NCBI GenBank assembly: GCA_030295235.1
Contig: AP026173.1
Span: 62,001-126,000, forward strand
DNA length: 64,000 nucleotides
Reading direction: 5' to 3'
Source: Fistulifera solaris
Lineage: Eukaryota
Part shown: positions 1 to 10,971 of the stretch, piece by piece
Layout: each line of letters starts with the position of its first letter
Numbering within the stretch: position 1 is the first letter of the stretch
Translations under genes and position numbers: made by a program
The notes under the pieces: model-generated
Database searches by the model: none
What the model was told of the DNA's origin: nothing
Seen by the model: the letters and a program-made list of their open reading frames with translations, nothing else

Positions 1-1138
1 TATACGGATCATCCGATCACGTGGTGGCGCAAATCGCATCTTTCCTTTGGAGTCTACATGACCGCGATGACGAATCGGACTTTATTGTCATTAATTATGG
101 CTTTCGCAATATGTTTGATTTTTCGGTCGTTACCCCGCAGCAATTGGCTTCTCTTTTGAGAACAACCCAAGCAGAAAAACGCATTTGCACAGATTGTCAG
201 TGAATCCCAATCAGGCGTCGGTTCTTGCCTCGCAGCCCTTCCAGATATATCTGAGGCTAGCGGATTGTGTCTTTCTATCGGAAGATCAAACATTTCTGGA
301 AGTCTTAGAACGTCGAACTTCGCCTTTCGGCAATTTAAGACTGCCTGGTGATAATCCGTTTGCACCGGGCACACAGAGTCGGCTGTTCGAACTGCCAACT
401 CTCGACTTCCTCTCTATTTGTCCAGCTGCCCTCGAAAGCAAAAACATGTTGCTGTCGCCTTTTTCTTCCAAAGTAGACAAACTCAAATTTTGCTTGGACG
501 AAACAGACGATCAATGGCGCCATGTGAAATCGGTCAACATCGTTCCCAAGAAGTGTGTCTTAAAAGTCCAGTGCAAGTGCTACGGCTTTCCATCGGTCTT
601 TTTACAAGCCACGGGCCATCTGTCCGAACTAGGACTGATCTATTCTTGTGTTACTCCCTCAAAGCAAGAACTTGCCGATTTAGCAACGGCCGTCGACACG
701 AATCAAAATCTGCAAGGTCTCGAGATTGGAACTGTGGATCGACACTGGGTATCCTCTTGGCAAAATCTCATGACTGTCCTCGCACGCCATAACAGCCTTC
801 ATACTTTGAAACTGAAAGTTTCCATTGATGCCACCAGGACTCACCGATTCGCCAAGCTTTGCCGCGGTCTTCTTTGGATGCTGACGGAAAATCACAAAAT
901 CGACGTCATTATCGTTTCGCCAAGCAAAGGTGTCAACATTATTTGGAATGAGGCATTGCATGAAAGATTGACACTCAATCGATTCTTGCGTGGCTGCAAG
1001 GCACTCACAAGGGAGGTAGAACTGAATCGCTTGGCACTCTTGGGTTCAGCATTGATGGAATATATGAAACACGATACTCGCCGCACCGCCGCCTTGCTCG
1101 CCGACAATATTGATGCGATTTGTGTATTGTTGCAATAA
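1..1138 (+). CDS. 5'-truncated RNI/LRR-like hypothetical protein of a lineage-expanded family; frameshift near 175-190
   Basis: ORF 21..203 joins ORF 185..1138 by a one-base shift at an A-run. LRR-like segments (LQGLEIG, LHTLKLKV) and the C-terminus 'LNRFLRG...LLADNIDAICVLLQ' match the convergent paralog. Confidence 0.7.
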
Positions 1139-1270
1139 ATATCATGGTGCGCAGAATGAAGTTTTAGAACTAAGAATTCATGCTTCATGCATGACAGAAT
1201 ACAATCTATGTAGATTTCACAAGTATCACCGTCATCCGCAATGGGTCTCTCTGCAATCGACTTATTTCGT

Positions 1271-2748
1271 TTATTGTCCATATTCAGCTTGAAGTAAAAC
1301 GCATATTACATCCACATGCTCCGACAGAAGCAACGACAAGCTTTTATGATCATCATGCATTACTTTCGTGATAGCTCTACTAAGCAACAAAATTCGATGA
1401 TGTTCGTTTTCACGTGTTATCGATCGACTCCCTTGGCGAAAGCGATTAAATTGAACCAATTTCTCTAGATCATCCATCCACTTCTCTCTTTGTTCGCTGA
1501 CCACGTTAACATCAATTAAAATACAATTCATCTTTACCATGGACAAAAGTGCGTCGATCCGTCTCCAATCGTCAACAACTAGATTGCCACCATCAAATGA
1601 AGAACGAAAATAAAGTTTGAGCCTGGTGAGACTACCATGACATTGAATGGCATCCATAAGATCTTGCCACAACCACAGTGACCAATGCCAATCGACTGGC
1701 CCTGCTTCCAATGTTTCCAAAACGGGATTGCGCTGTACGGCTTCGATTAAATGAAGCTGTGTTTCTTCGGTCATTGCGTACGTTGTCACTATTCCCAATT
1801 CGATCAAGTTGATGCTTGCACGGAGAAAGCAGGAAGCAAAACCGAAACAATCCTTGGTCAGCTTCAAAACAAATCGACGTGGAACGATGGTAATTGAATC
1901 AACTTCTTTCCATTCGTCACCCAATACCACCATTTCATACTCTACTTTTTCAGCATGTGCCGTGAATGGTAGTAAGTTGCTTGTACAAGCGGTCCGCGCG
2001 TATGTCACAATACGCAATACTTCCAATTGCTTCAATTGATACAACGACTGCCAAAACGTCGTTTTCAGACTACTGCATCCATTCAGCGTCAATGTACCGA
2101 AGGGGATCGTTCGCAGTGTTTGCAGGAACGAATTCCCATCATCCGTAAACGCAGAGTCGTACAACATTAGATCCACGGACGATGATTGTGAAGCCAATTG
2201 TGCCGCTAGTTGTTCCGGTATTGACACATGCAGAAAAGCCACCCTCCGGTTCGAATGAAACAATGATGGTAACGTCGAAGCAATAGCATTCCAATCAAAG
2301 TCAAAGCTGTTGGACGGATAATAACTACTGTTGGGTCCGTGCAAAAGAGCGTTTCATTTCCTAGTTCACTGGGTAATGACCCGAGCAGCACAACTAATTG
2401 TGTCACATCTTGATCCGAGCGACCCGTGAGACAAAAGCGGTGATTCCGTATGGATACATACACTCGACTTCTCGTTGGGCGTGCAGCATCCAAACGAAAC
2501 GATTCTTGGGAAATGCCAGACCAGTGCGTGCTATTTTCTGGTTGTTGCGACCATAAGATCGAATGTGTGTGCATATGAAAGAAGAAAATGAGTTCTTGCA
2601 ACGTATTGGGAGGGCGGATCATCAAAAAATGATGATAATGGCGGGGTATAATGGATTGAACTGGTAATTCAAGCCTTGTGGATTGTTCAGAGGAAAGTAG
2701 ATAGGCATCATCCTTGAAAAGAATTCTTTGAAACCAAAAGGCACTCAT
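1271..2748 (-). CDS. RNI/LRR-like hypothetical protein, paralog of the gene at 1..1138; frameshift near 2340
   Basis: ATG at 2748 (MSAFWFQRI, frame of ORF 2206..2784) shifts at a T-run into ORF 1271..2344. Shares 'W..V.S..IVP', 'LE.G.VD.HW', 'NRF..G' and 'D.ICVLLQ' with the paralog. Confidence 0.7.
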
Positions 2749-3204
2749 TGTGGCTTGTATTGATGAAAGAGAGGATACAAGCAAAGGGATCTTCGCTCTC
2801 GATTAACGAAGAGTCGTCAGTCTATAATTGCCGTCAAGAAGGAAACTGGAGCGAAATAATGGGAAAGATAACAAAAGAGGAAACATTGAAGTCTCTCTTC
2901 GATCGATCATTTAAAAGCAAAGCGAATCATCGAATCGGAATCGAACCGAAAGTTTTCCTTCGAAACGATAGCAACAGAAGCGCGCGGCCGTCGCCGAAGA
3001 AAATCCTCATCCGGAGTTCCCATCTTTGTGGAACGTTTCACCGTCACATGAAAGTAGATTATAGTTTCATGGCATGCATAAGCGCTGTTGGGCATAGTAT
3101 TGTTGCCAAAGAGTCTAAAAAAACGTGAAAAATGGTGTGATCGACGAATCAACACAATGTTCAGGTTTCCCCCTCTCTCTAGACTATAATACAGTGTTTA
3201 GTCG

Positions 3205-3379
3205 ACCGTGTTCCAGAAAATCTGGATAAGTTCCCAGTTAATCTGGAAGGTTCGGGAAAAGAGTACACTCACGTAGGCTCCCCGTAGAAAAATGTACCAA
3301 GGAGAGGTGGGTTCCCGTGTCTCCCTTTTACACGTGGTCCAGAAAATCTGGACCAATTGTATTTTCACGTTCCCAGGAA
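3205..3379. repeat. Palindromic satellite units (TGGTCCAGAAAATCTGGACCA family), left of the TIR insertion
   Basis: ccagaaaatctgga at ~3213 and 'cacgtggtccagaaaatctggaccaattgtattttcacgttcccagg' at ~3331-3377. Confidence 0.75.
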
Positions 3380-3519
3380 GATCCGGAATCGTGACTCAAT
3401 CAGTCCTGTTTTGCTTAATTTGGCATTGATTTCGTCATCATAAAACGCCGACCGCGCTCCTTATCAGCGATTTGAAAAGTCTTCACGCAAAACAGGTTCA
3501 ATGATGATAAGCACGGCTT

Positions 3520-3650
3520 GCGCAATTGGGGAAAGTGTCTCGCACTTTCCCCAATTGGGGAAAGCTGCATTGGGGAAAGTGCGAATTGGGAAAGTGTCAC
3601 GCACTTCCCCCCAATTGGGGAAAGTGCAATTGGGGAAAGTGCGTAAAGTG
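3520..3650. repeat. TTGGGGAAAGTG repeat cluster with palindromic CACTTTCCCCAATTGGGGAAAG units
   Basis: About 6 copies of (A)TTGGGGAAAG plus inverted copies. Confidence 0.9.
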
Positions 3651-4029
3651 CTTCAACGTTGCGCAAACAAAAAGTCGTCTTTGCGTGCCGGAGGAAAGGA
3701 ATGAATAATAATAACAGCAACAACCTTTTACTTCAATAACATCCATGTAATAATATATTAACCTTGTGGTCTTTTTTATCAGCTGGCTTTTTCTTCACGT
3801 CCACGCCGCCATTCCTTGCCCTGGCTGGCTCCTCTTGATTGGTTAGGGTCGCGCTTCACACCGATTAACGGTGCGGCTTCGGTCGCCGTCGCATCCGTAA
3901 TGTTGCCTACCTCATTTTCCGTGAAAGTCAATGTTGTTGTTGAAGGTATCTGCAATGATAACAATCGTCATGTCGTCTGCAAGGTGTGAACAGCCGCCCG
4001 GAGCATTGTTTTGGCGATTGCGCGAAAAG

Positions 4030-4180
4030 CGAGACACTTTCCCCAATGGGGGAAAGTGTTGCGCACTTTCCCCCAATTGGGGAAAGTTGCATTGGGGAAA
4101 GTGCAAATTGGGGAAAGTGTCTCGCACTTTCCCCAATTGGGGAAAGTGATGAGAAAGGTGTTTCACCACTGGGGAAAGTA
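4030..4180. repeat. Second TTGGGGAAAGTG repeat cluster
   Basis: Same unit and arrangement as 3520-3650. Confidence 0.9.
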
Positions 4181-4288
4181 GCCGGCCGAGCAATCCTTTT
4201 CTAGAGTTAAGGGTCGGCTTGCGTGTAGTTTTATCGTTGATGCTACTCGTGACTGCGACAACGTGATTTTCAATCACGATTCCGGATC

Positions 4289-4510
4289 TTCCAGGAAAAA
4301 TTTGGGAGAGCGGTTTTACACGTGGTCCAGAAAATCTGGACCAGTTGTAGTTTCAAATACCCAGGAAATCTGTGAGAGTGGTGATTACCGGCAAACGTGG
4401 TCCAGAAAATCTGGATCAGTTGTATTTTCACTTACCCAGGAAATCTGTGAGAGTGGTGATTACCGGCAAACGTGGTCCAGAAAATCTGGACCAGTAGTAT
4501 TTTCACGTTG
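4289..4510. repeat. Palindromic satellite, ~75-bp units
   Basis: Three copies of acgtggtccagaaaatctgga, with ccaggaaatctgtgagagtggtgattaccggcaa duplicated. Confidence 0.9.
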
Positions 4511-4799
4511 TGTCGAATTCTCTTAGTTTGTTCTATTGCGCCTCACCATCGTTAATCGTCCGCAATGATGAGAAAGGCGCTGGTATATGACTATATCCCC
4601 ATAGTGTTTGTTAATGGACATCCCCGTCTCAAAACAATTGCTACTTGAATCCAATGCATGGCTGCCTTTTGGGCGTGCATTGACGAAAAGAAGTTGAATA
4701 ATGCTTGCCATCTTAGAGAAAACACCATAAGCATTTTATTTAGGCGGTCCATGTATCTTTTGGCATCGAAAAGCACTTCCGATCTATCCCTGTAGAAAA

Positions 4800-5500
4800 C
4801 ACTATAACCCCAAAGTGTATGTTCCATTTTCCCTGATTGGATTAGTCACGAGTCATGGCCTCCTATTTTCACTATGTCGCTGATTTTGCTGCAACAATTG
4901 ATGAAATAAAACTTGGTTAAACAATTGCTTTCTTCGAAGGAATAGATTTGTACCAACGTAACAAATTAAGTTGTGTGTGGGGCACCGTAAAACGTTTCGG
5001 ATCTAACCGTGTCGATATCACTATACACCCAAAGTGTTGGTTGACGGACACCCTCAGTGCCAGTGAGACTAAGAGAAGGAAACGTGGTCCAGAATAAAAA
5101 AATTTTTTCAAAAGGTGGCGACAAATACGGAGCAGATCGCCGCTCGCATTCTATCCGTTTGACCTTTTGCCTCATCGTTCATCGTCAGCCATGAGAAAGG
5201 CGGTCGGTATAGAACTATAACCCCCATGTGTTGGTTCAACTTTCCCTGATTGGATTAGTCACGAGTCATGTCCTTCCATTTTCACTATGTCGCTGATTTT
5301 GCTGCAACAATTGACGAAATAAAACTTAATAAACAATTGCTTTCTTCGAAGGAATAGACTTGTACCAAGGTAACAAGTAACAAAACGCTTCGAATTTAAC
5401 CGCTAGAAAAAATACGGTTTTCTAGCTAACCGTGTCGAAATCACTATACTCCCAAAGTGTTGGTTTACCGACATCCTCAGTGCCAGTAAGACTAAAACAA
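4800..5500. repeat. Imperfect direct duplication (about 4800-5075 vs 5212-5495, offset ~410 bp)
   Basis: 'ccctgattggattagtcacgagtcatg', 'aaacaattgctttcttcgaaggaataga', 'ctaaccgtgtcga' and 'cctcagtgccagt' each occur twice in the same order. Confidence 0.85.
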
Positions 5501-5896
5501 GTTACCTCGTAGGATTTGTCGTGGCTTCGTGCTTCAACGTCATCCCTGACGCGTTGATGACGTTTTCCAGCCAACGAAATAGACACGACCACTATACTGG
5601 GGTTTAAAAAGTCAGGGAATGTGCGAATTCTGACACCCTTGGTTCGATGGTGTTCTGTGGTGCTGACGTGAGCACAATGCTACTCTTAAAGCTATACAAT
5701 GGTCCCCGCAAAGAACAAACCAAAAAAACAAGATCGTATCTTTTCCATCGATCCAAATGCCCGCGACGAGACGAAGAAAGAAATATCTGCATTGTTGTAA
5801 TCTTTCAAAAAGCATTGCTATCGCAATCATCCTTGTCTTTCTTCCAACGTTGTAAGAGAGCCATTTGAACTTGTTTTTTTAAACGACGTCTTCAAA

Positions 5897-6302
5897 ATGA
5901 ACAAACAACGCCTCTCCTTCTTTGCCCTCTTCTTCTCTTCTTCGGCATTTGCCTTTCATCCTCAAGCACATCCGTCTCGACCGCATAATATTCCTCACAA
6001 CATGGTGTACGGTACGTGCTGTTCGCTTTTGGCTAAATGCACTGTAAATATTATTTGATTTCGTCTCATCATCGTACTTTTATTGCACAGACCCGGAAGC
6101 CTTGTATCAAGTCGCGACTCACGCCGGTGATGCGGTCCGCTTGGTGTTTTTGGAGTGCAATGGCGTCGAATGTCATATCGTAGACGGTTGCAAGGAAGGT
6201 GATTACTGGAATTTTGAAGGTCGTCCCGCCACCTTTCCCGATACGGCCGGACAACATCATCGTTTGGAAGTTCTCATGGCGGAAATGGATACGACCGAGT
6301 AA
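5897..6302 (+). CDS. Small (~108 aa) spliced, putatively plastid-targeted protein; exons 5897-6011 and 6091-6302
   Basis: MNKQRLSFFALFFSSSAFA-FHPQ is a signal peptide followed by Phe (ASAFAP-type). The 79-bp intron gtacgt...ttattgcacag joins in frame to ORF 6102..6302. Confidence 0.75.
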
Positions 6303-6607
6303 ACTAAAAGAGTGATTGAATTAAAGAAGGAATATCGATGAAGGATCTTTGCATGCATACAAACGAAAACAGACGACAAACTTACAATTACAACAATTTA
6401 AGGTTTTCATTTTTTTAGACGTTTAGACAACGTTTTCTAATTGCTTAAAGCAGAATTTGAATCAGACAAAAAAAATTGTGTGACATGTCTTGGCTTGAGC
6501 AGAAAGTCTTCAAGCCGATGATACTTGTACCAGGTATTTTTCATGCGTTTACGTATGGATGTCAAAAAAATGATTGTTGCCTACCAAAATATCAATGCCA
6601 GAGAAGA

Positions 6608-7252
6608 CGTTCCTAGGAAATCTGGGCGAGCGCTGTTTACACGTGGTCCAGAATATCTGGACCAATTGTATTTTCACGCTCTCAGGAAATCTTGTAACGC
6701 GGTGTTTACACGTAATCCACAATGTCTGGACCAGTTGTATTAGTCCAGAATTTCTGGACCAGTGTATTTGCACAATCCCAGAAAATCTGGATGGTCGGTG
6801 TTTACACGCGGTCCAGAATTTCTGGAGCAGTATATTGCCGTACCCAGGAAATCTGGGAGAGAGGTGTTTACACGTGGTCCAGAAAATCTGGACCAGTTGT
6901 ATTTTCACGTACCCAGGAAATCTGGCTTGTTGTGTTTAGACGTGGTCCAGAATTTCTGGACAAGTTGTATTTTACGTTCCCAGGAAATCTGGCTGGTGGT
7001 GTTTAGACGTGGTCCACAAAATCTGGACCAGTTGCATTTTTACGTTCCCAGGAATCTGGGCGAGCGGTGTTTACACGAGGTCCAGAATTTCTGGACTAGT
7101 TGTATTTTCACTTTCTCAGGAAATCTGGTTTTGCGGTGTTTACACGTGGTCCAGAAAATCTGGACCATTTGTGTTTTCACTCTCCCAGGAAATCTGGTAT
7201 AGTGGTATTTGCACGTGGTCCAGAAAGTCTGGATAAGTTGTATTTTCACATT
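6608..7252. repeat. Palindromic satellite array, ~70-bp dimer of ~35-bp monomers
   Basis: About 8-9 degenerate units of CCAGGAAATCTGG-N-GTGTTTACACGTGGTCCAGAAAATCTGGACCAGTTGTATTTTCAC. Confidence 0.92.
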
Positions 7253-7509
7253 CCATTGCGATCGAAAACACCATACTCCCAGGTCTCTCTCACAATGAGC
7301 AAGATTTCCTCTTGCAATGAGTACAAATAATGTATCTACTATGGTCGAAAGTGTTTCATGAACTCATCCAAGACTGCGGTCAGTCATGAAAACTTACTCT
7401 TTTGAGCGTCACTGTTGCCTAGCATTCGTGCGTTCACACGTAACTTTTGAGCACCCGTTCATCTTGCTGCAATGAAATAGTTTTATTATAACAGCGTTTG
7501 CATAAGAAG

Positions 7510-7625
7510 TTGAAAATGGGTGTGATCGTCATTAAGCCATATCCGGGTGCCCCCTCTGTCGATAAATTTCCCTACGAGAGCTACGTGACAAGGACGTAGA
7601 CTTTCGAAGCGTTGCATCTTTCGTT
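7510..7625. repeat. Dispersed repeat copy (ATATCCGGGT..CCCTCTGTCGA...TTTCCCTACGAGAGCTACGT)
   Basis: Related copies at ~10490-10575, ~10703-10785 and ~10888-10965; partial copies at ~12066-12110 and ~3127-3180. Confidence 0.8.
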
Positions 7626-7971
7626 CTTTTTACGTATTCAAACCAATTTATCGTTTATTGGCAAGTAGTATTCATGTCGGGGAAAGCAATATTTGTCATA
7701 CCTGATAGAGATAAAGCATTTGACTGCCACAACACCGTTAAATCTTTTCCGGCTGACCTGAGACGTTAGCTTTTATCTCCTCTGTTGTTACACCTTAGGG
7801 ATGAAGTTCACGTAAAAATCGCCAACCACACCCGCGCCGATGATGCACTTCGTCCCAACGCAGAAGCAAATACTGTAAGAGAGAGGCAACGAAGCATTGT
7901 CAAGAGAAGGAGAAAGGGATTTTGTTCATTTTCTTAGTTCTCTTTCTCTCTCTTTGATAAGCAACGCCTAC

Positions 7972-9255
7972 ATGTTCTTGTGGCGAAGAACAGTCGTGTA
8001 TTTCGTTGTATCGTCGTCTTTTCCTTCTATCGCGTCGTCGACTCGCTGTCTCGCCTTCTTTCATTCTCTACTCGGCCACGGGAGAATGCCTCCCTTGTCA
8101 TCGTCTGCCGTTGTGCGCATCACGCGCTCGCAAACAGTCAAAGGTTTGGTGGAGAAGAACAAGCAAGTCATTTCATTAACCTCTCGAAAGCGGAATAGTA
8201 AAAGTCAAGACAACGAAGAAGAAGCATTGCATGCTATTTCCGTCACCCCTTCCGCGGAAACAACTATTAGAGAAACTGCCATTCTCACAACAGCGGTGGT
8301 GACACCTTCACCAAAGAAGAAGCCCAAGAACGCTACTCCATCACCGAAACAAACAAAAGCCAAGCAGATTTCGCCCCTGTCGCCACCCTCATTTGAGACG
8401 GAGGAGACACCTCCACGCACGCCACCGAAAGACTTTGAAGCCATTTACAGTCTTGTGACCGAGTTACGTCAAGATCGGACAGCGCCTTGTGATAGTATGG
8501 GTGCGGAAGCTCTGGCCATGGCCTACAACAACACGCCATGCTCATCAAAAGCCGAACAAGACCAGTTGTATCGACTGATTGTGTTGATTTCACTCATGTT
8601 GAGCAGTCAAACCAAAGATGCCGTCGTCGCGTCGGCGGTGCAACAATTGCATCAAGCCACTTTATTGTCGTGGACGAAATTGGCCGACGCACAATACACG
8701 GACCAAATTCATCATTGCATTCGATCGGTCGGGTTTCACAACAACAAGATCAAGTACATCCAACAATCGGCGCAAATATTGTTAACGCAATTTGATAGTG
8801 ACATTCCCCCGACGGCAGCCGAGATGATCGAATTTTTACCGGGTGTGGGACCCAAAATGGCGTATTTGTGTGAAGCATTGGCGTGGCCCGAAAAGGAACC
8901 CTCGGGCATCGGCGTCGATACGCACATGCATCGCTTATTTCAACAGATCAATTGGATGCGGACGAAAACACCGGAGCAGACACGTTTGGAACTGCAATCG
9001 TGGCTGCCCCGGGAGTATTGGCGCGATATTAATCTTTTGTGGGTAGGATTTGGACAAGAAGTGCAACAACAGGCACCGAAAGTCTTGTACAAGGCGGTGT
9101 ATCAATGCAGTCGTCCGAAAGAAGCATTGCGATTGTTGCAGCGGTGTGGGATGAACGCCAAACATGTTGCTAAGCAACTTCTACAAAAGGAAGACAATGA
9201 TAAGAACCGTGACTTGATGGAACGTGTCGAACAACTTCTGTCGCGAAACAAATAA
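7972..9255 (+). CDS. NTH1: Endonuclease III-like (NTH1/Ntg) HhH-GPD DNA glycosylase/AP lyase
   Basis: LSSQTKD, VGFHNNK, HhH motif LPGVGPKMA with catalytic Lys, GIGVDTHMHR with catalytic Asp, TPEQTR..L.SWLP and INLLWVGFGQ. Start chosen at the first ATG (7972). Confidence 0.9.
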   Translation: MFLWRRTVVYFVVSSSFPSIASSTRCLAFFHSLLGHGRMPPLSSSAVVRITRSQTVKGLVEKNKQVISLTSRKRNSKSQDNEEEALHAISVTPSAETTIRETAILTTAVVTPSPKKKPKNATPSPKQTKAKQISPLSPPSFETEETPPRTPPKDFEAIYSLVTELRQDRTAPCDSMGAEALAMAYNNTPCSSKAEQDQLYRLIVLISLMLSSQTKDAVVASAVQQLHQATLLSWTKLADAQYTDQIHHCIRSVGFHNNKIKYIQQSAQILLTQFDSDIPPTAAEMIEFLPGVGPKMAYLCEALAWPEKEPSGIGVDTHMHRLFQQINWMRTKTPEQTRLELQSWLPREYWRDINLLWVGFGQEVQQQAPKVLYKAVYQCSRPKEALRLLQRCGMNAKHVAKQLLQKEDNDKNRDLMERVEQLLSRNK

Positions 9256-9322
9256 ACATGAAGATTTGGCTGCTGGGTCAAAAATAAGTAAGTTATAAGA
9301 TACTGACTGACGTTCTTTCTTC

Positions 9323-10336
9323 TTAGCTCTTAGCTCGCTTTAACCGCAATACATGCACCAGTCCCTGTTGTGCCCCCATGCCGCGTTTGGGCGGCGTCAA
9401 TTGTTGTGATGGTAACTTCTCCACGTGAAAATTGTATTCCTGTTCCGCCATGGGCACAATATTCCAAACACTATCATGATCCGTGTTGCCGTGCAAAGCA
9501 AACGTCAACAATGCCACACCCTGATCGGGATCGAGTAATTTTTGGATGGAAGATAGTAACTGCTGATGCAACCAAGGCATGTAACAGCAATCCGCAGCGA
9601 CAATGACTCGAAAATGATTTTGCTCATTATTTTGGTGTTGTTCAAGCAACGAATCCACGGGATCACCCCACCCGTACGGTAATACTTGTCCTTGTAACGT
9701 CTGATCGGAACAATGTTGTTGATTCTTCCGCCGTGTCCGTTCCATTCCTTCCGCCATACACCGAATCCGATCTGGAATGGCTTGGTCCGTACACAACACC
9801 CTCGCGCCGCATTGCAGCGCTACTAATGATGGAATGGCGGCCCCCGCTCCCAACTCTAAAATCGAAACGTTGTGCAGGGGATGTGACGCATCGGTCGGTG
9901 GCAACTGCAACAAATCTCGACACGTATCCGCATGTGCCAACAGATTCGCCAGCCAACGTGACGATGCCCAAACAATATCACCAAAACCACCACCTCGTTC
10001 CGAAACAACATACACGACGGATACTTCGTCATTCAAAGGTTGATTGCTTTCCGTACTTTCAATCAAATCCGTTTCGTTGCTTTCAAAGCCACCGAGTCCA
10101 TCCGGATGGATCCGACTACTCGTCCATGTGTGTACACGCTGAAAGATCTCTTCTTCCTGAGTAAATAAATCAAAAGTTCCTTGCTCTTCCATTTCGGCTT
10201 CTAACGCCAAACGTTCTTCTTCGGCGGTTTGCAACCATTTCCATGTGCTATTGTCTTCCTCGTTGCCAGTAATCCATGATTGCAAATCCGACAGTGGTAA
10301 ATAGTCATCGTCTTTAGCTTCTGATGCTGTTGACAT
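9323..10336 (-). CDS. SAM-dependent protein methyltransferase, Methyltransf_16 (METTL21/EFM7-like)
   Basis: GFGDIVWASSRWLA, motif I ILELGAGAAIPSL, LCTD, YGWG and IVAADCCY (DXXY). The upstream ATG at 10426 is probably UTR. Confidence 0.85.
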   Translation of the reverse strand: MSTASEAKDDDYLPLSDLQSWITGNEEDNSTWKWLQTAEEERLALEAEMEEQGTFDLFTQEEEIFQRVHTWTSSRIHPDGLGGFESNETDLIESTESNQPLNDEVSVVYVVSERGGGFGDIVWASSRWLANLLAHADTCRDLLQLPPTDASHPLHNVSILELGAGAAIPSLVALQCGARVLCTDQAIPDRIRCMAEGMERTRRKNQQHCSDQTLQGQVLPYGWGDPVDSLLEQHQNNEQNHFRVIVAADCCYMPWLHQQLLSSIQKLLDPDQGVALLTFALHGNTDHDSVWNIVPMAEQEYNFHVEKLPSQQLTPPKRGMGAQQGLVHVLRLKRAKS

Positions 10337-10487
10337 TATAGATGGATGGTAAAGAGATAAAGAAATGAAGGAAAGAAGAGACAAGAACGACGACGAGATG
10401 TTTGCAAATGTTTTTTTTTCTTTCATTATACTCCGTATGCGGCTCCAAACAGTGGGCTGATGGACGTACAGACCAGTCCGCGAGATA

Positions 10488-10968
10488 AAATATCCGGGTT
10501 TCCCCTCTGTCGATACATTTCCCTACGAGAGCTACGTGAAATTACGTAGACATTCGAAGCGTGGCATCATTCGTTCCATCAACGTTTTGTTTTCAAATCG
10601 AAGGCGATTATTGATTTTCGATACGAAGAAAACACGTTGGACAAGGAAACGTTGACATCTGCGCACTGTAAATGTGACGATTGGATGATGGCGAAAAACA
10701 CAATATCCGGGTACCTTTACAGAGACAACTTTCCTACGACGGCTACGTAAATTACGCGTAGACAGTGGAAGCGTTGTATCTTTCTAATGTTTCATGTTTC
10801 ACTGTCAAATCTAAGTCGACGAATGCTTCCTCGCTTGCATAAGCGGTGTTGGGCAAAGTATTGTTGACATCGGTGTCCAAAAGACGCAGAAAAGGGGTGA
10901 TCGAAATTAGCCAATATCCGGGTTTCCCTCTGTCGACAAATAATAATTTCCCTACGAGAGCAACGAAA
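10488..10968. repeat. Three degenerate copies of the ATATCCGGGT...CCTACGA repeat at ~212-bp spacing
   Basis: atatccgggt at ~10490, ~10704 and ~10914, each followed by ttcc(c)tacga. Confidence 0.8.
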
Positions 10969-10971
10969 ATA

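Larger units (their letters stand above)
3380..4288. mobile_element. Non-autonomous TIR DNA element (MULE/MITE-like) with 15-bp TIRs and a 9-bp target-site duplication
   Basis: GATCCGGAATCGTGA (3380-3394) and TCACGATTCCGGATC (4274-4288) form a perfect inverted repeat. Flanks are tcccaggaa (3371-3379) and ttccaggaa (4289-4297). Removing the element restores a satellite unit. No transposase ORF. Confidence 0.7.

Noticed and set aside
3520..4180. Interstitial telomeric repeats (TTGGGG)
   Set aside because: TTGGGG is not in tandem hexamers; it sits in longer palindromic units inside a TIR element.
6608..7252. CRISPR-like array (palindromic repeats with variable gaps)
   Set aside because: The gaps are homologous to each other, the repeats are degenerate, no cas genes are present and the context is eukaryotic. 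It is a satellite.
6525..7330. Multiple ORFs with repeated TRGPE/WTSCIF peptides
   Set aside because: Open in several frames on both strands; by-products of the satellite.
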